From contig OZ024741.1 in the NCBI GenBank assembly GCA_964016885.1, positions 300,886,001 to 300,950,000 of the forward strand: 64,000 bases of DNA, read 5' to 3'. Position numbers and translations under genes: made by a program. Below, one piece after another: positions 63,540-64,000 of this stretch (positions are counted from its first letter, which is position 1; each line of letters opens with the position of its first letter). The notes under the pieces were generated by a model. That model had not been told where the DNA came from. It saw nothing but the letters and a program-made list of their open reading frames with translations, and ran no database searches. The DNA comes from Eledone cirrhosa. Taxonomy: Eukaryota.

Positions 63540-63760
63540 TGGTGGTGGATTGGCAGAATCGGTAGACTGCCGATTAAAAGGCTTTTGTGATATTTAGTTT
63601 CGATATTCTAACGTTCTGTGTTCAAATCCCGCCGAGGTCAGCTTTAGTATTCAGCCTTCTGGGGTTGATAAAATAAAGTACCAGTAACGCACAAGGTCGA
63701 TTTAATCGACTTTCTCGTGCCCCACTCCATTGTTGATCTTGTCTCTGAATTATAAACCAT
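63540..63760 (+). mobile_element. tRNA-derived SINE (older subfamily)
   Basis: GGATTGGCAGAATCGGTAGA, GTTCAAATCCC, GGGGTTGATAAAATAAAGTACCAG. Confidence 0.85.
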
Positions 63761-64000
63761 TATAAAAATTGTAATTGTTGTGTGTGTGTAGAAATATTTA
63801 AGAGCTGAGGAAAAGATTCATAAGCAGAGAATCAATACAGAGATTGCTAAACGTTACCTACAATCTAAAACACATAACTATTATATATACTGAAGTTTAT
63901 TTTTTGTTCTGGTGGGAAATATAAATTAAAAAAGTAATTTTTACATTAGGCTTTGAAACATTTTTTGTATCCGAATTCTTCAAAGAGATTTCTTTCATGA

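Overview
AT-rich, microsatellite-dense eukaryotic DNA. The SINE and repeat types suggest an octopod cephalopod (inference). I found no convincing host exon. The window is a nest of retroelements, mostly sitting in (TA)n tracts. It holds at least eight Penelope-like element (PLE; RT + C-terminal GIY-YIG) copies from several families, including one uninterrupted 746-aa Hydra-type ORF (55974-58214) and a near-intact two-ORF Neptune-type element (48118-51557). It also holds a CR1-group LINE, decayed L1/Tx1 and RTE pieces, about 8 tRNA-derived SINEs and a few MITEs. Reading by eye gives about 25 hammerhead-ribozyme (HHR) motifs of at least 8 architectures: minimal dimeric, U3-A8 core, CCGACGA core, (AU)4 stem III, and long stem II with a possible 5'-flank/loop-II pseudoknot. 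The most notable items are an ORF-less ~660-nt tandem HHR family (retrozyme-like) at three loci, fold-back mini-elements centred on hammerhead hairpins, and U-UUU-UUA slippery sites at the ORF1/ORF2 junctions of two unrelated retroelements. All structures were folded by eye and none was computed.
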